A DNA stretch of 64,000 nucleotides from the human T2T-CHM13v2.0 reference genome, Homo sapiens, in the NCBI RefSeq assembly GCF_009914755.1, contig NC_060926.1. One strand, 5' to 3'. Within the stretch, counting starts at the first letter, position 1. Every line of letters begins with the position of its first letter. This document shows positions 36,346-58,143 of this stretch, in pieces. The position numbers and the translations under genes are program-made. The notes under the pieces are model-generated. The model was given only the letters and a program-made list of their open reading frames with translations, did not search any database and was not told the DNA's origin.

Positions 36346-36783
36346 TGCTATAGTTTGCATGTTTGTCCCCCAAAATCTCATGTTGAAATTTGATCCCAGT
36401 GTTGGAGGTGGGGCCTGATGGGAGGTGTTTGGGTCATGGGGGAAGACCCCTCATGAATACATTAATGCCGTCCCTGGGGGTGGGGTGTGCTGGGGAGGAG
36501 AAGCAAGGAGTTCTCAATCTATTAGTTCCCTCAAGAGCCGGTTATTTAAAAAGAGCCTGGCACCTTCTCCCTCGCTCTCTTGCTTCCTCTCTTGCCATAT
36601 GATCTCTGCACATCCGGCTCCCCTTCACCTTCCACCATGAGTGGAAGCAGCCGGGGAAGAAGCAGATGCTGGTGCCATGTTTCTTGTACAGCCTGCAGAA
36701 CTGTAAGTCATATAAATCTCTTTTCCTTATAAATTATCCAGCTTCAAGTATCCATTTAAACCAATAAGAAACAAACTAAAACA
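36346..36783 (+). mobile_element. MST-type MaLR solo LTR
   Basis: TGCTATAGTTTG..GTTTGTCCCC..CTCATGTTGAAAT start, ACTAAAACA end, near-TSD gttgc/attgc. Confidence 0.85.
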
Positions 36784-37893
36784 ATTGCCCTAAGTTGAAA
36801 TTCACCCTCAGGGTCGTCTTCTAAGATGCAATTTAAATTATCTTCTCTACAGCAATTCAGGACAACAAACTAGCATACCCCATGTTCCTCAAATATATCT
36901 TCTCCAGAGCTCATGCCAGACCCCTTGTCCAGACTTCCTGGGTGGTCTCCTCTCTACTCATCTAACACCCTGGCATATAGTTGGAAGGCCCACTGGGCTG
37001 TCACTTCTAGCCCTGTGCTCAGCAGAAAGCCATCTTACCCTTCCCGATGGACTATTTTCTGTTTTTAGCTACTGCCTTACAGCACGGTTGTCTTTAAAGT
37101 GGTTGTTACAATAGATACAAAATGTATTTAAGATAAAAGGTATAACTATGCAGCAAACACTAGTGGACCTACCATCCAGCTTAAGGAAGTTACCATTACC
37201 TTTGAAAGTCCATTTCCCCAATCACATCATTCCCCTCCCTCAAAGATAACCACCATCCAGAATTTAATATTTCTCATTCCCTTCCTTCCCATTATTGTCT
37301 CATCACATTTGTTGGGTTTTTTATACAAAATGATTTAGTTTTGCATGCTCTGGAACTTTATATAAATGGAATTATTCTGCATATATTTTCTGAAAACCTG
37401 CTTTGTTCGCTTAACATTATGTTTCTGAGAGTTGTATTGTGTTACGTTATTACATTTAGCTGTACTTCAATTGTTTTCAATACTATATAGTACTCCTGTG
37501 TGTGAATATAATTTTTTTAATCCATTCTTCTTTTGATGTGCATTATGGTTGTTCCCTGTTCTTTTGGCTATTATAAACAGGGTTTTATGGACATTCTTGT
37601 AAGCACGTATGTAGGAATAGAATTGATAGCTATGTGGGTATACATGGATTCAACTTTACTAGATAATGCCAAATTGTTTTCCGAAGTGGTTGTACATCAC
37701 TTTTTTTTTTTTTTTTAATGAGTACCATATTTCTCCAGCTGGCTTGTAAGCTATGTGAGGCAGAGAACGATCTTACATTTTTTTGGCCTAAAAGCGGTAG
37801 AAATTTAATAAATAGATATGAATTGATTGATTCATTAATAGTATAAAAAGAAAATTTGGGGGTGGTTTTTCCATCTTTAGAACAAAGAGATGA

Positions 37894-38191
<298 letters not shown>

Positions 38192-38405
38192 TAAAGAGAT
38201 GAGCCAGGAAAAAGTAAAATGTAAGAATGTTTTTGAAGCAAAAAGAAGAAAACCTTTCTGTTTCTGCAGAAAGATTAGTAAAAATAGTAAAAAATTAAAG
38301 GAAACATTAAAATAAAAGGTAAATATCTATTGATATTCCCTAGCAGATTTTAGATAATTTAAGGAAAACTGCATATCAGAAGCAGGATACTTTTTCAGAA
38401 GGGCT

Positions 38406-38546
<141 letters not shown>

Positions 38547-38606
38547 TCAATAGTAAGAAATAAAACATTGAAATAAATAAAATTCTGATGATTTTCAAGT
38601 GCTTAC

Positions 38607-38660
38607 TTCTTTTTTATCAAATATATCTGAGATGATGCCATCCCGTAGGTCTGTGAAAAA
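38607..38660 (-). CDS. EIF2AK2: EIF2AK2 coding exon (54 nt), followed by a 78-nt intron
   Basis: ttccag|TTTTTC...AAAGAA|gtaagc; FFTDLRDGIISDIFDKKE (helix alphaG region). Confidence 0.97.
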
Positions 38661-38908
38661 CTGGAAAAAAAAATGATAGGTGTATATTAGGAAATTATTT
38701 ACTTGGGAGGAAAGACAGAACTAAAGGCTGAGGAATACCTGAAATGTAGGATATTTCCAGATTTTTTGGGAAAGTCTCTTTAGCCAAGAAGCAAGCAGGA
38801 TTCCCTCTCTCCTACACTACCCCCAATCTAATAACCATCCTTGCATTACGACATGAAGTGTTAAGTGCATCATCTTTACAATCTCCCTTCATGCATTTTG
38901 GAACCCTA

Positions 38909-39315
<407 letters not shown>

Positions 39316-39675
39316 CTACTGCCTTTAGTGACTCCCCACTGTCTAAGCAAGAAGGTCCACATTTTTTCCTCAAGTTAGCCCAACCTATCTTTCTAGCCTC
39401 ACCAACCACTACTTCCTTGTAACTTATATACTCCAATACAACTTACACTGCCTGCTGTCCCCAAATACACTCTGTACATTCCCGCCTCCATGCTAGAATC
39501 AACTTTTCTGTTTTGGACTATTAGAAGCCAACAGATCCTTCAGAGCCCAGCTTAGATGTCTCCATGAAACCTAAGTCCCTACAGCTGGAAAGATCTCCCT
39601 CCCAGCTGCTTCCACAGACTTCATGCCTTCTCCTAAAATGCTTATGGCATTCTCTTATATTATCTTCCCTTTTAG

Positions 39676-40000
<325 letters not shown>

Positions 40001-40302
40001 AAGGCTTGTTTATTTTTGCAACCCTTACAGCACTTAGCACAGTGTCTTACACAAAGCAGTCAATCAATAAAATGTTACTGACTGACAAGTCTTACAAGTC
40101 TTATGAGATGTACTACCTTCCAGGGAAGATCAAAGTTTTTGGTCTTTAAGAAAGTGTTTGGTCTCTGCCAAACCTTGAAAGACAGAAAATTCATATTTCA
40201 TTTGCAGTCAGATACTAATATGCTCAAGCCCATCCTCACGTGAGGGCAAGAACTGTCTGCAGCAGCACTCTGAAGGTGGTAGTCAGTAATTTTTCTTGTT
40301 TA

Positions 40303-40428
<126 letters not shown>

Positions 40429-41108
40429 CTAAAGAGACCAAAATAGATTTACCTTTGTTATGCTCCTTACATAAATATCCAGCCTTCTAAAGCCCAAAAA
40501 AGTTATTTGACCAAAACATCTTACACCACAAAACAATGTCTATTTATTAGCAAAATCTGTGGAGTCTGACTGCCTAGGTTCAAATCTGTACCGCCGAATA
40601 GCTGAATCCTCTGTGTAAATTAACGATCAACATGGGAATAATCTCAGTTATAAAACAAGGATAACAACAGTATCAACCACAGAGTTTGATTGTGAGAGTG
40701 AGATGCAGCGGGTAAAGCAGTTAAAATAGCACCCAGTAGGCGGCTTGCATTGCAACTGTTCATAGCGTATTTATTCACAATATTCCATAACTGGAAACAA
40801 CTCAAAGGACCACAACAGAAGAATGGATAAACATGTTGTGGCATATTCATACAATGGACTACGACTCAGCAATAAAAAGGAATTCTCTGCTGGTATGAGC
40901 AACAAAGTTTTTCCAGAAGATATTATTTTGAATGAAGAAATTAAATACAAAGAGTACCTACTGTATGATTCCATTCATATGAAGGTCAAAAACGGGAAGA
41001 ACTAAGCTATGGTGATAGAACTCAGAGTGCTGGTTTCTTCTGATCAGTGGGGAGGAGGCACTGACTGGAAAGGAGCTTGAAGGAGCAAAATGTTCTATAT
41101 CTTTATAG

Positions 41109-41528
<420 letters not shown>

Positions 41529-41949
41529 AACAAAAGGTTTTTAAATGGAAAAAAAAACCACACACACATAATAAAAAGTAAAGTACAATGATGAATGTTT
41601 TTAACCAAATAGTGTGAGGGCAGCAATACAGGATGCAGGAGATACTGAAAGCAGCAGGAAGTTAAAGAGAGCCACTGGCCTATTGTGTTCTATATTTTTT
41701 ATGCCAACTGGCTCCCCAAAAGGAAAAAGTACATGCCTTCTCCATTCTAGACTCTCAAACCATCAGATAGCTCAGTATATCTATTCTTGGATGACAAAAT
41801 AGTAGAGATATTTTGAAAGCTGTATTGTCAGCAAAATAATCTTTAACGGGCATTTACAAATCAGAAATTAAAATAGGATAAACAACCCAAAAGGTAAAAA
41901 ATAAAAGCAATCAACCCAAAAAAAAATCACATTCAAATAATGAGACTAT

Positions 41950-42470
41950 ATATGAGACAAATATTTAAAACTCAACAGCTGTACACCCATGTTCATCAGC
42001 AGCATTATTCACCACAGTCAAAAGGTGGAAGCAACCTAAGTGTCCATTGATGGATAAAAGGACAAACAAAATGTGGTGTATACATACAATGGAATTCATT
42101 AGTCAGCCTTAAAAAGAAATTCTGACATGTTACAACATGGATATATCTTGAGGATATTATGCTGAGTAAAATAAGCCAGTAACAAAAGGGTAAATACCGT
42201 ACGATTCCACTTACATGAGGCATCTAGAATAGTCAAATATACAGACAGAAAGTAGAATGGTAGTTGATTGGGCTGTAGGGAGAGGAGAATAGGAGTTCTT
42301 TAACGGGTGTAAAGTTTCAGTTTTGCAAAATGAAAAGTAATCTGTGGATGTATGGTGGTGATGAAAGCACAACAATGTGAACACATTTAACGCCACTAAA
42401 CTATACACTTAAAAATGGTGAAGGTGGTAAATTTTATGTTTGTATATTTTACCACAATTAAAAATAAAGA
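41950..42470 (+). mobile_element. L1MB/MA-type 3' end
   Basis: GCAGCATTATTCAC..GGAAGCAACCTAAGTGTCCATTGATGG...TATATTTTACCACAATTAAAAA. Confidence 0.8.
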
Positions 42471-42705
42471 GATATATTTTTAAAATTAACGGCTACACTA
42501 ATAACAAATTAGAGATATGGAATTTCTTTTCTTTTTTTTTTTTTTTCTTCAGATGGAGTCTCATTCCTGTTGACCAGGCTGCAGTGCAATGGCGCGATCT
42601 CAGCTCACTGCAACCTCCACCTCCCGGGTTCAAGCATGGAATCTCATTTTAATAGCAAAATGCAATACAGATTCTGGAGAAAGCTTCAAAAATATAAACA
42701 ATATG

Positions 42706-42995
42706 ACCAGGCGCCGTGGCTCATTCCTGTAATCCTAGTACTTTGGGAGGTCAAGACAGGTGGATCGCTTAAGCCCAGGAATTCGAGACCAGCCTAGGCA
42801 ACATGGTGAAACCCAGTCTCTACAAAAAATACAAAAAAAAATTAGCCAGGTGTTGGTGGTTTGAGCCTGTAGTCCTGGCTACTGAGGGGGCTGAGGCAGG
42901 AGGATCACCTGAGCCAAGGAGGTCGAGGCTGCGCAGTGGTGAGCTATGATTGTGCCACTGTACTCCAGCCTGGGTGAAAAGCAAGACCCTGTCTC

Positions 42996-43012
<17 letters not shown>
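42706..43012 (+). mobile_element. AluJ followed by (TA)n/(TC)n/(TA)n; partial minus-strand Alu at 42525-42634
   Basis: Alu consensus; microsatellite 43012-43086. Confidence 0.85.
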
Positions 43013-43035
<23 letters not shown>

Positions 43036-43047
43036 TATCATAATAAA

Positions 43048-43085
<38 letters not shown>

Positions 43086-43111
43086 GATTTTGAACAGTAT
43101 AAAAGTGGCTC

Positions 43112-43493
43112 TGAGGTAGGTTGTATGATTGCCCCCAATGCTGCACTGGCCTCCTAGTGAGAGGATTACTCTTCTCCACCCTCATTGCCTTGAGCTGGGC
43201 CATGCATTTTGCTCTGGGCAATGATGTTTAGTGATGTATGCCACTGCTGAGCAGAACATGTAAAAGCCATCACAAGGTTCTGCCATTGCTTTCTGCCTTG
43301 AGGACAGCAGTGACTCAGATAGCATTTTTCCTACAGCCTGGGTCTTGGAATGAAGGAGACACTCAGAGCAAAACTGCAGCCAGCCAGACTGCTGCCGACT
43401 TGTCATGTGAGCAAGAAATAGACCCTTGGTATTTTCTGCACCACTAAGAAACTGGGGTCATTTGTTACCACAGCATAGTCTGGCAAAAGCTGA
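43112..43493 (+). mobile_element. MLT1-type MaLR LTR
   Basis: GCCATGCATTTTGCTCTGGGCAATG...GTGAGCAAGAAATA...TTTGTTACCACAGCATAG. Confidence 0.65.
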
Positions 43494-44331
43494 CTGATGG
43501 AGGACTCGAATAAGTGAGAGAAAATACCAATTTTGGAGAAGTCTCAAATATATGAAGATATCAATGTTCCTCACCTGAATCCTCAAATTTGATGCAATTG
43601 CTATCAAAACCTCAAAACCAGTTATGGAAGATGACAATGTGATTACAGAGTTCATTTGGAATTGTAAATGTGAATAGCTGAGAGCATTTTTAAATTGAAG
43701 AATAATATGGCAGGTCCTGCTGTTCAAATACTAAAGCCTAGTTTATAATGCTACAATAATCTAAATAGCATAATATTAAAGAGAGAAATATAAAATAAAT
43801 TAAGGAAACAGAACAAAGTCCAGAAACACATCTATGAATGTGTGGGAATTTTATATATGATAAAATAATATTTTATTGTGGTAAAATAGACATAACATAA
43901 AATTTACCCTTTTAACCATTTTTATGCCTACAATTCAGTGGCATTAACTACCTTCACAATGTTGTATAACCATCACCACTATCTATTTCCAGAACTTTTC
44001 ATCACCCCAAACAGAAGCTATACCCATTAAACAAGAAGTTCCCATTCCTCCCTTCTTCCAGATAACCTCTGTTCCACTTTCTGTCTCTATGAATTTTCCT
44101 TAAAATAGCATTTAAATAATTAACTGCTTAACACGTAGTGATGAAGCAACTGCATATTCACACGGGGAAAATCAAGTTATATTCCTTTCTCATACATAAA
44201 CAAAAGTTAATTCAAATTGCAGTTAATTTTTATGTTAGTAAAACCAAAAAATATTTTCATAATCTTGTAATAGAAGCCTCCAAAATAAAAATGAGAAACC
44301 TAGCAGCCGTATTGATAAATATGACAATTTA

Positions 44332-44667
<336 letters not shown>

Positions 44668-45777
44668 TCATTATAAACAAAGAAGTAACAATCAAGGAGA
44701 AAAATTCTATAATATAGTTAACAGATACGGGATCAACACCCAATATAGATCAAGATTCCTTACAGATACACAAGAAAATGAGAACTTAATTATGAGAAAT
44801 TGGGAAAGGATATGAGTAGAGAATTTGCAGAAAATGTTTAAGTAAATATATGAAAAGAGGGCATACCTTACTAAAAATCTGGAAAATACAAACTAAAATA
44901 GCAAGATACTCCTAATTCAACACACTACCCAAAACTGATCACTGGAGAGTATGATGATGCAGTATTCTCATACATTTTGACGGGACAGTATTATTAGAAT
45001 CACTTTTTTTAGAATGACAATTAAACAGCAATTAAGTTTGAAATGCACTGGTCAATCTATTCAATCACTTTACCTCAAGAAGTCTAACACAGATTATCAC
45101 AGAATTATTTGTTCTTGGGACCCAAAATAAGGAGGAATGTCTAAGTGTATGAAGTTGTAAACAACCTAAAGAAATACCCTTCGATAAGAAAATAGTTAAA
45201 TACAACCTGGGAAACATAGTGAGACCTTGTCTCTACAATAAATAAGTAAATAAATAATTAATAAAAATAAAAATAATTAGCTGGGCACAGTGGTATGTGC
45301 CTCTAGAGTCCTAGCTACTCAGGAGGCTGAGGTGGGAAGATTGCTTGAGCCCAAGATTTTGAGGCTGCAGTGAGCAATAATCATACTACTGCACTCCAGC
45401 CTGGGTGACAGAGCAAGACCCTGTCTCTAAAACAAAATAAGAACAACAACAAAAAATATTAAATTTAAAAAAATAGTTAAATTATGGTATCTCCATATTT
45501 TGAAATATAATACAGTTGTTAAAAAAAGAATGTGGCAGATCTATTTGAACTAATATGGAGAAATTATGCTATATAGTCACAAAATAACAAAATAAGTCCT
45601 TGAAAAAATGTACACATATATATGTTTCTGTAAAAAAAATCTGGGTGTATATTTGTGTTTGTATGTTTTTATAACTCAGAAAATTATCTAAAAGGATAAA
45701 GAATAAACTGATAAGAAGAATAGGGGTAGAAAAGAATGGTAAGGAAAATTTTTAGTATATACTTCTGTACAGTTTTA

Positions 45778-45987
<210 letters not shown>

Positions 45988-46134
45988 CTATGAAAAAAAA
46001 AAATTTAACTTACATGTACCAACTTAACATACTATTACCACATGTCTTAATTATATACAGAAAAGACTATTTTTATATTATTTATAAGACCTTTACCCTT
46101 ACACAGGTAGCCAAAATCAGGGAATTTAATATGA

Positions 46135-46490
<356 letters not shown>

Positions 46491-47014
46491 AGAAGTAAGG
46501 ATTTCTTAGCTGACACCAGAGGTGGCTCTGGGCACAGCTGCCCTCGAATATCTGAAAAGCTGTCACGTGCAAGGTGGATTCACTCTGCATGGTCCAAGGG
46601 AAAAGATCCAGGACTATAGGGTGGAAATGACCTAAAGATTAGCTTTAAAATATCCTAATATCCTAATAGTGTTGTCCAAAGAATGGGAGTTAGACAGTTC
46701 CCCATCCCAAGATAGGGCTGAACAACCACTTGAGGAAATGTTGCAAATATGAGTCCATGATCTGATAGGGACTGAAGCAGACATCCTTAAGATCCCTTCC
46801 AACTTTGAGATTCTCGGAATGGGTCCATTCCCAACAATAGTGCAGATTAGCCTGTGCAGAATTTCTCTTGGGGGTCTTTTCTCCAAGCCTCTGACAACTT
46901 CTTAACAAACACATCCCTTCCACCATGAAAGCATACCAAGTTAACTGGAAGCTAATAACTAGCTCTGAAATATTTTTATCCATGCAATTCTTTAAGCAGA
47001 TTTTTTTTTTTTAA

Positions 47015-47507
<493 letters not shown>

Positions 47508-48057
47508 CTACTGACCAATATTCTAAAGACCACAAAAACAGGAAGGTAGTTGATGAGAAAATTAATATTTTGCTATTTTTGAAAAGGCTGGACTTTTAAT
47601 ACAATCTTAGGCTAAACACACAGACTCTACGGGATAACACACTTATGAGAGGGCCTACCTAGTAAGGACCTAAGAGGGAAGAGACCATAAGCCCAGGGAA
47701 GGCTGAAGGAGGAGCTTCCGAGAAGCCAGCTTGAGATGACGGCTCATACAGCAATTAGCAGTTGGATTAGAATTCAATTAACAGTCAGATTGGAGCCTAA
47801 CACCAGTAATACAGATGGAAAGCTGTAGACAGATGTGGAGTGGATGTGGAGAGAAAACATTCCTATGCTATGTTCAAGTTGCAATGTGTAGGAATATGTC
47901 AGGATTGCAAGTGAAACTGCTAGTCCCACATAAGGCTATCACCTGACTCTAAGAAACAGAAAATTGAATTTGTGAAGCCGTGTAAATATCTAAGCTGGAT
48001 GAGGCTATCTAGTGAAAATATCAGATCACTTTTTGTAGTTCATTCAAAAGAAAAAGT

Positions 48058-48710
<653 letters not shown>

Positions 48711-49154
48711 TTATAATATGATTAGACAAAATATAGGGCTGTAGATCATATAAAAGGGATGCAAACTTCACCTAGGAGGCACAGGAACAGGACTGATGCT
48801 CAGGCTGAGGATGACCAGAGCCTGGGCTTTAGGAGACTGAACATTTTAGAGAGAAGCAGCCTTGCACAAGAAGCCCTCACTCCAGAAACCCCTATGTCCC
48901 TTCCCAGCGCCTTTGGTCTAGTTCCTAAGATTCCAACAGAAAGTGGTAAACACTTGGAGACTTTTGTAAGAGGGGCTGTGTTAGGTAAAGACCATTCTCT
49001 GGCAAAACCACCTACAGCTGCTATTTTGCAAAACACAACCCCAAAATTGTACACCTTCATTGTATCTTTTCTTAGAGGAGAGAAATCAACAACTGTAGTA
49101 GTGAGAGCCTGAAAAGTTATAGAAGATGAAAGAAGTCTCAGTATCAAAGCTTGA

Positions 49155-49480
<326 letters not shown>

Positions 49481-50729
49481 AAGTCTGACCCTTGAGCAAC
49501 TGCAGCCAGAGTAAAAATTCTCTGCAAATAGACACAAGAAAAGATCAGTCCATGACACAGGGCACACACGGTGTGGGGCATAGTTGGCAGGTAAGTGGGT
49601 AGGCACCAGTCAGAATTTTGCTAATTCATTCTGAGGACTAGGAGCTTAATGCCTACACTTCTGCATTTATTTGCAAATTATTTTATATAGAAATAATTGT
49701 GCTTATTTGTTATTTAACTATATGTATGATTTATCCCAAAGTGAAAGCATAACCAACTCTACATTTATCCTTTTGAAATAGTTCTGACAATGTTCCACCT
49801 TCAAAGAACAACTTCAGATATTGTAGAAGAGACATATTGGAACCAGACAGACTCAAAACACCAATGCATCAGACATCCAGCCCCTGGGCAGACCACGGAA
49901 GCAATACCTTTTAAGGGCTACTCATTCCTCTCTGAGCCCAATAAACAACTGTGTATATGGGAACTTATTTCTCTCAAGGAATTTTTTTGTTTCATTCCTT
50001 ATTCCTTGCTGTTTTAGAGGGGTGGGATAAGCAGATAGCCACATAAATAAGGTACTTCTGCCTAGAACAGAAAAAGGCAGTTCCAGAGTGATCAGGAAAG
50101 GCTCAGTAAAGGAATTACAACCAAAGGGGGCAGGCAGAAGAGTGTCCCATGAGAGAGAAGAACATGAGCAAAGGTCCAGGGACAGGATTCAGGACGGCCA
50201 GCTTGTGACAGGCTTAGGCAAGTCACAGGGAATAGGGAATGGAGGAAAGGCTGTGAAGGGCTATTCTGTCTCTCACCTTCTGTCATTTTAATGAGAAGTA
50301 AAAAATAGGGAAACTCCTTGTCCGGACCATAAAAGCCAGAGGAAAATGAAAATACTAAGGGATGATACACTTTCCCAGTCCGGGATTACCGCAATTTTCC
50401 AATCATGGGGTTGAAATGCTTAACCAAGACAGTATTAGACTCTGGACCCAGTAGCTGTGACAGCCCTCGCGAGTAATGACTGAGAGATTAGGGAACCATA
50501 TTCCTAAAGCAACAGTCAACAGAGTCCCCTCTGCCTCTCAAATAAAGCTGAGTCACTTAGAGGAGGCAGGAGGAACAGGGGCAGAGCAGCCAGTTGGCTG
50601 TGCCAGTCACAGTAATTATTTGCATGGAAATGTTCAGATACCATTTTCTCATAACTATCAATCAACCACTATTCTAAAACTAGAGAAAAAAATATATATC
50701 TATCTATCTTATTTTATATATATATATAA

Positions 50730-51291
<562 letters not shown>

Positions 51292-51397
51292 TTAAAAGTA
51301 ACAATAAATATAAATTTATAAAAAATTTTTTATAACTTTTTAAAGTTTTTCATAACTTTTTAAAAGCTTATACCTTATCTTCTTAAGAACCCCAAAA

Positions 51398-52428
51398 ACA
51401 CTTTGGGAGGCCGAGGCGGGCGGATCACGAGGTCAGGAGATCGAGACCACGGTGAAACCCCGTCTCTACTAAAAATACAAAAAATTAGCCAGGCGTGGTG
51501 GCGGGCGCCTGTAGCCCCAGCTACTCCGGGGAGGCTGAGGCAAGAGAATGGCGTGAACCCGGTAGGCGGAGCTTGCAGTGAGCCGAGATCACGCCACTGC
51601 ACTCCAGCCTGGGTGACAGAGCGAGATTCCGTCTCACAAAAAAAAAAAAAAAAAAAAAAAGAACCCCAAAACATGTCACAAAATAGAAATCTAAATATAA
51701 TAAACAAATTTGAATCAAAATATAATAGGCCATTTTTTATTTCAATCATAAGTTCCCGGATGTCCAGAGCTTTATTTGTTTAGCTAATTTATAAAATATG
51801 AGCTGGGCTGGGCACGGTGGCTCACGCCTATAATCCTAGCACCTTGGGAGGCCGAGACTGGCGGATTGCTTGAGCTCAGGAGTTTGAGACCAGCCTGGGC
51901 AGCATGGCGAAACCCCATCTCTACTAAAAACACAAAAATTAGCTGGGTGTGGTGGCGCGGCACCTGTAGTCTCAGCTACTCGGGAGGATGAGGCACGAGA
52001 ATCATTTGAACCCAGAAGGCAGAGATTGCAGTAAGCTGAGATCACGCCATTGTGCTCCCGCATGAGCGATAGAGTAAGACTCTGTCTCAAAAAAAAAAAA
52101 AAGAAGAGGCCGGGCGCGGTGGCTCACGCCTGTAATCCCAGCACTTTGGGAGGCCGAGGCGGGTGGATCACGAGGTCAGGAGATCAAGACCATCCTGGCT
52201 AACACGGTGAAATCCCGTCTCTACTAAAAATACAAAAAATTAGCCGGGCGTGGTGGCGGGCGCCTGTAGTCCCAGCTACTCAGGAGACTGAGGCAGGAGA
52301 ATACTGTGAATCCGGGAGGCAGAGCTTGCAGTGAGCCAAGATTGCACCACTGCACTCCAGCCTGTGCGACAGTGCGAGACACCGTCTCAAAAAAAAAAAA
52401 AAAAAAAAAAAACGAGAAGAAAAAAAAA
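51398..52428 (+). mobile_element. Three tandem Alus: 5'-truncated AluY (51398-51660), Alu (51806-52102), AluY (52108-52428)
   Basis: Alu consensus; first copy flanked by AAGAACCCCAAAA repeat. Confidence 0.9.
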
Positions 52429-53631
52429 ATGAGCCACCCATTCTTCATTGCTGAAGATCTGCAATCACCATTGCTAACAGATAGAAATAGGAACATGAAT
52501 ACAATGCAGGAAACTAAATTTCATTATTATATAAAGTAACTTTGAAACCTTTTAATTCACCATTGATCTACTAAGCATGAAAGGCACCTAGAGATGAGAA
52601 AATCAGTTAGACACTATATCCTTGCCGTCACGGGGATAATAGTCTAATAGGAGAGAGTAAAGGGAAAGCAAACCTAAAACAATAGGGAAGGTACTCTAAG
52701 AGAAGTGCCAACAAATTACTAAGATACATAAATTGGAGGCTTGATTTTTTTTTTTTTTTTTTTTGCTAACCACGTTTTATTTTTTTTCTGAATTAAGTTA
52801 GCCTCAATATTCATTTATATTCTTTGTATATATGTCAGCTTGAAAACAGGAAGAGGTAGCCAAGAATTTGCTGAAAGCTGAAGTCCTGTATGCTGACGGT
52901 CAATAACTCCTGAACTGATGATAATGTTCTCACTTACACGACATGGAGATGGAGGTGGGGCAGGAGAAAATGAATGAATGGGACCCCATTGGCCTCAGGA
53001 TTTTAGTGAGAGGACTGTCCCCATAATAGGTTGGGTGACTTTCAAAGACAGATGCCAGCTCTTTAGGATCTCCAGTTGTTTGGCAATGGCTTAACTGACA
53101 TAAAACATGAGGGTGCCCCCATCTCAGCTTGTGGTCTTAAAAATATTTTCACTCCCCACCACCCCAGCATAAGTGGTATAGTTACATTCCAAAGAGACCC
53201 TCTGACGGCACCACACCAATCACAGCCTAAGAGAGGGACAGAAAAGTGTTGGTAGCTGAGGAGGGAGCCCCCAGATGCAGCATCTATATGTTAAAACTCT
53301 CTTCACAAGACTACACTTAAACAGCCTGCGCTGAAGCCGGCACGTGAACAAGGCTCTCCATGAAACAATGGAGTCAGGAAAGCTGAACCTGAGATTTTGC
53401 AGACAGCTGAGGATGTAACAGAGGGTTGTGAGAGCAAGTCTGCAGCAAGAGGAGGAGCAAGGAAGAGATTTTCACTTTCTCCTTACCTTCGGAATGGAGA
53501 GATAACAGTGTCTCTCAGAGGGAATTGTGATAATTAATCGTGATGATTAATAGCCTTATCCAGTGGCCCATACATAGTAAATAACAATTTCCTTCCATCC
53601 TATTATGGCTATGAGAATTTATTTTTAGTTA

Positions 53632-53886
<255 letters not shown>

Positions 53887-54012
53887 TTATTAAACCATTG
53901 CTGTGGTTCTCACATAGTTTTAGAATGGAAGCCAGGACATTCAAAAGGAAAAAGTGAACATACTGAAAAAAAACATAGCAGTTCTCACTCTCAAGATAAA
54001 ATAAAAGGCAGT

Positions 54013-54351
<339 letters not shown>

Positions 54352-54387
54352 TCATCTGTAGTACTCTTGAAATGCCAGTGATGTCAT

Positions 54388-56438
<2,051 letters not shown>

Positions 56439-56489
56439 CTAAATAATATTCTTAGAACTCATCCCCTAGAATGACAAATTACGAGGTAG

Positions 56490-56960
56490 GGCCTATTTGG
56501 CCTCCCCTTGAATCTAAGCTGGCTTCAGTGACTTGTTTAACCAATATAACTTGATGGTAGTGACGTTCTGGAACTCCTCAGATTAGGTCAAAAGAAGCCT
56601 TGCCACTCACTCCTGATCTTTTGGATGACTTGTTCTGGGGACAATCCTTCTTGAAACCCAGCCACCAAGTTGTAAGAAGCCCAATCCCCATAGGGAGGCC
56701 ATGTGGAGGTATTCTGATTGACAGTCCCAGCTGAACTTCCAGCCCACAGCCGGTGTCAACTGCTAGCCAGCTTGGATATCCAGCCTAAGATAGGCTGTAG
56801 TCAAGGTTTCAGATGACTACTGACTGCAAATCCCTCTGAGACCCCAAGTGAGAATTGTCCAGATGAGCACAATCAACCCATGGAACCATTAGAGACAACA
56901 ATAAATTGCTGTTTTTAAGCACTGCATTTTGGAGCAGTGCCTTATACAATAACAGACAAC
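56490..56960 (+). mobile_element. MLT1-type MaLR LTR
   Basis: CCCTTGAATCTAAGCTGG...CAGTCCCAGCTGA...AATAAATTGCTGTTTTTAAGCACTGCATTTTGG. Confidence 0.7.
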
Positions 56961-57414
56961 CAGAGAACAATTACCATCTAGCTTTTATCTTAGACAAAAT
57001 CACTTCACATCTCTGGATCTTAGTTTCCTCATCTATAAAATAAGAAGGTAAGACTAGAACATCTCAAAGATCACCTATTTTGTGGGTAATGATAGGTTCT
57101 ATCTGGTGCCACGGTTTTTAAAATACGGAGCATTTCATGAATTTGCATGTCACTTTAAAGCAAATGACTCTATAGCTTCAGTTCTGAAGATAGCACCAAA
57201 AGGATGATCAATGGTATATCCATTTTTATTGAAATAACCACAGTAAAGTGAGATCATCTCGGAGTAAGCCAAACTCCTCTTGGTAGAATGAAATGTTTAA
57301 TGAGGATCAGAAAGAAATAAATGATACCCTAATAAAGAAGAGAGAAGCATAAAAAAGAATAGTGCAGATTCAGCGTACCTTGCCATTCAAAAAAATGTAA
57401 ACATTTACTACTTA

Positions 57415-57558
<144 letters not shown>

Positions 57559-57801
57559 TTATTTTGACATTTCATGCTCAACCCCCACCCCCCCGCCTCC
57601 CCACTCCTTTCCCTTTAATGTCACTTGTGAAATGGACAATAAAACAAATTTGATTCTCTCCTTCTGAATAAGAAAGATCCACTTGGCAGAAACTCTTGAC
57701 TCACAAAGAGTAGTCCTCTCACTCCTCCCAGGGCAAGTCTAACGTAACATATCACCCCAGGCAGTCACAGTCAACTCCTGGCTTTTCAAAAGTCATGATA
57801 A

Positions 57802-58143
<342 letters not shown>

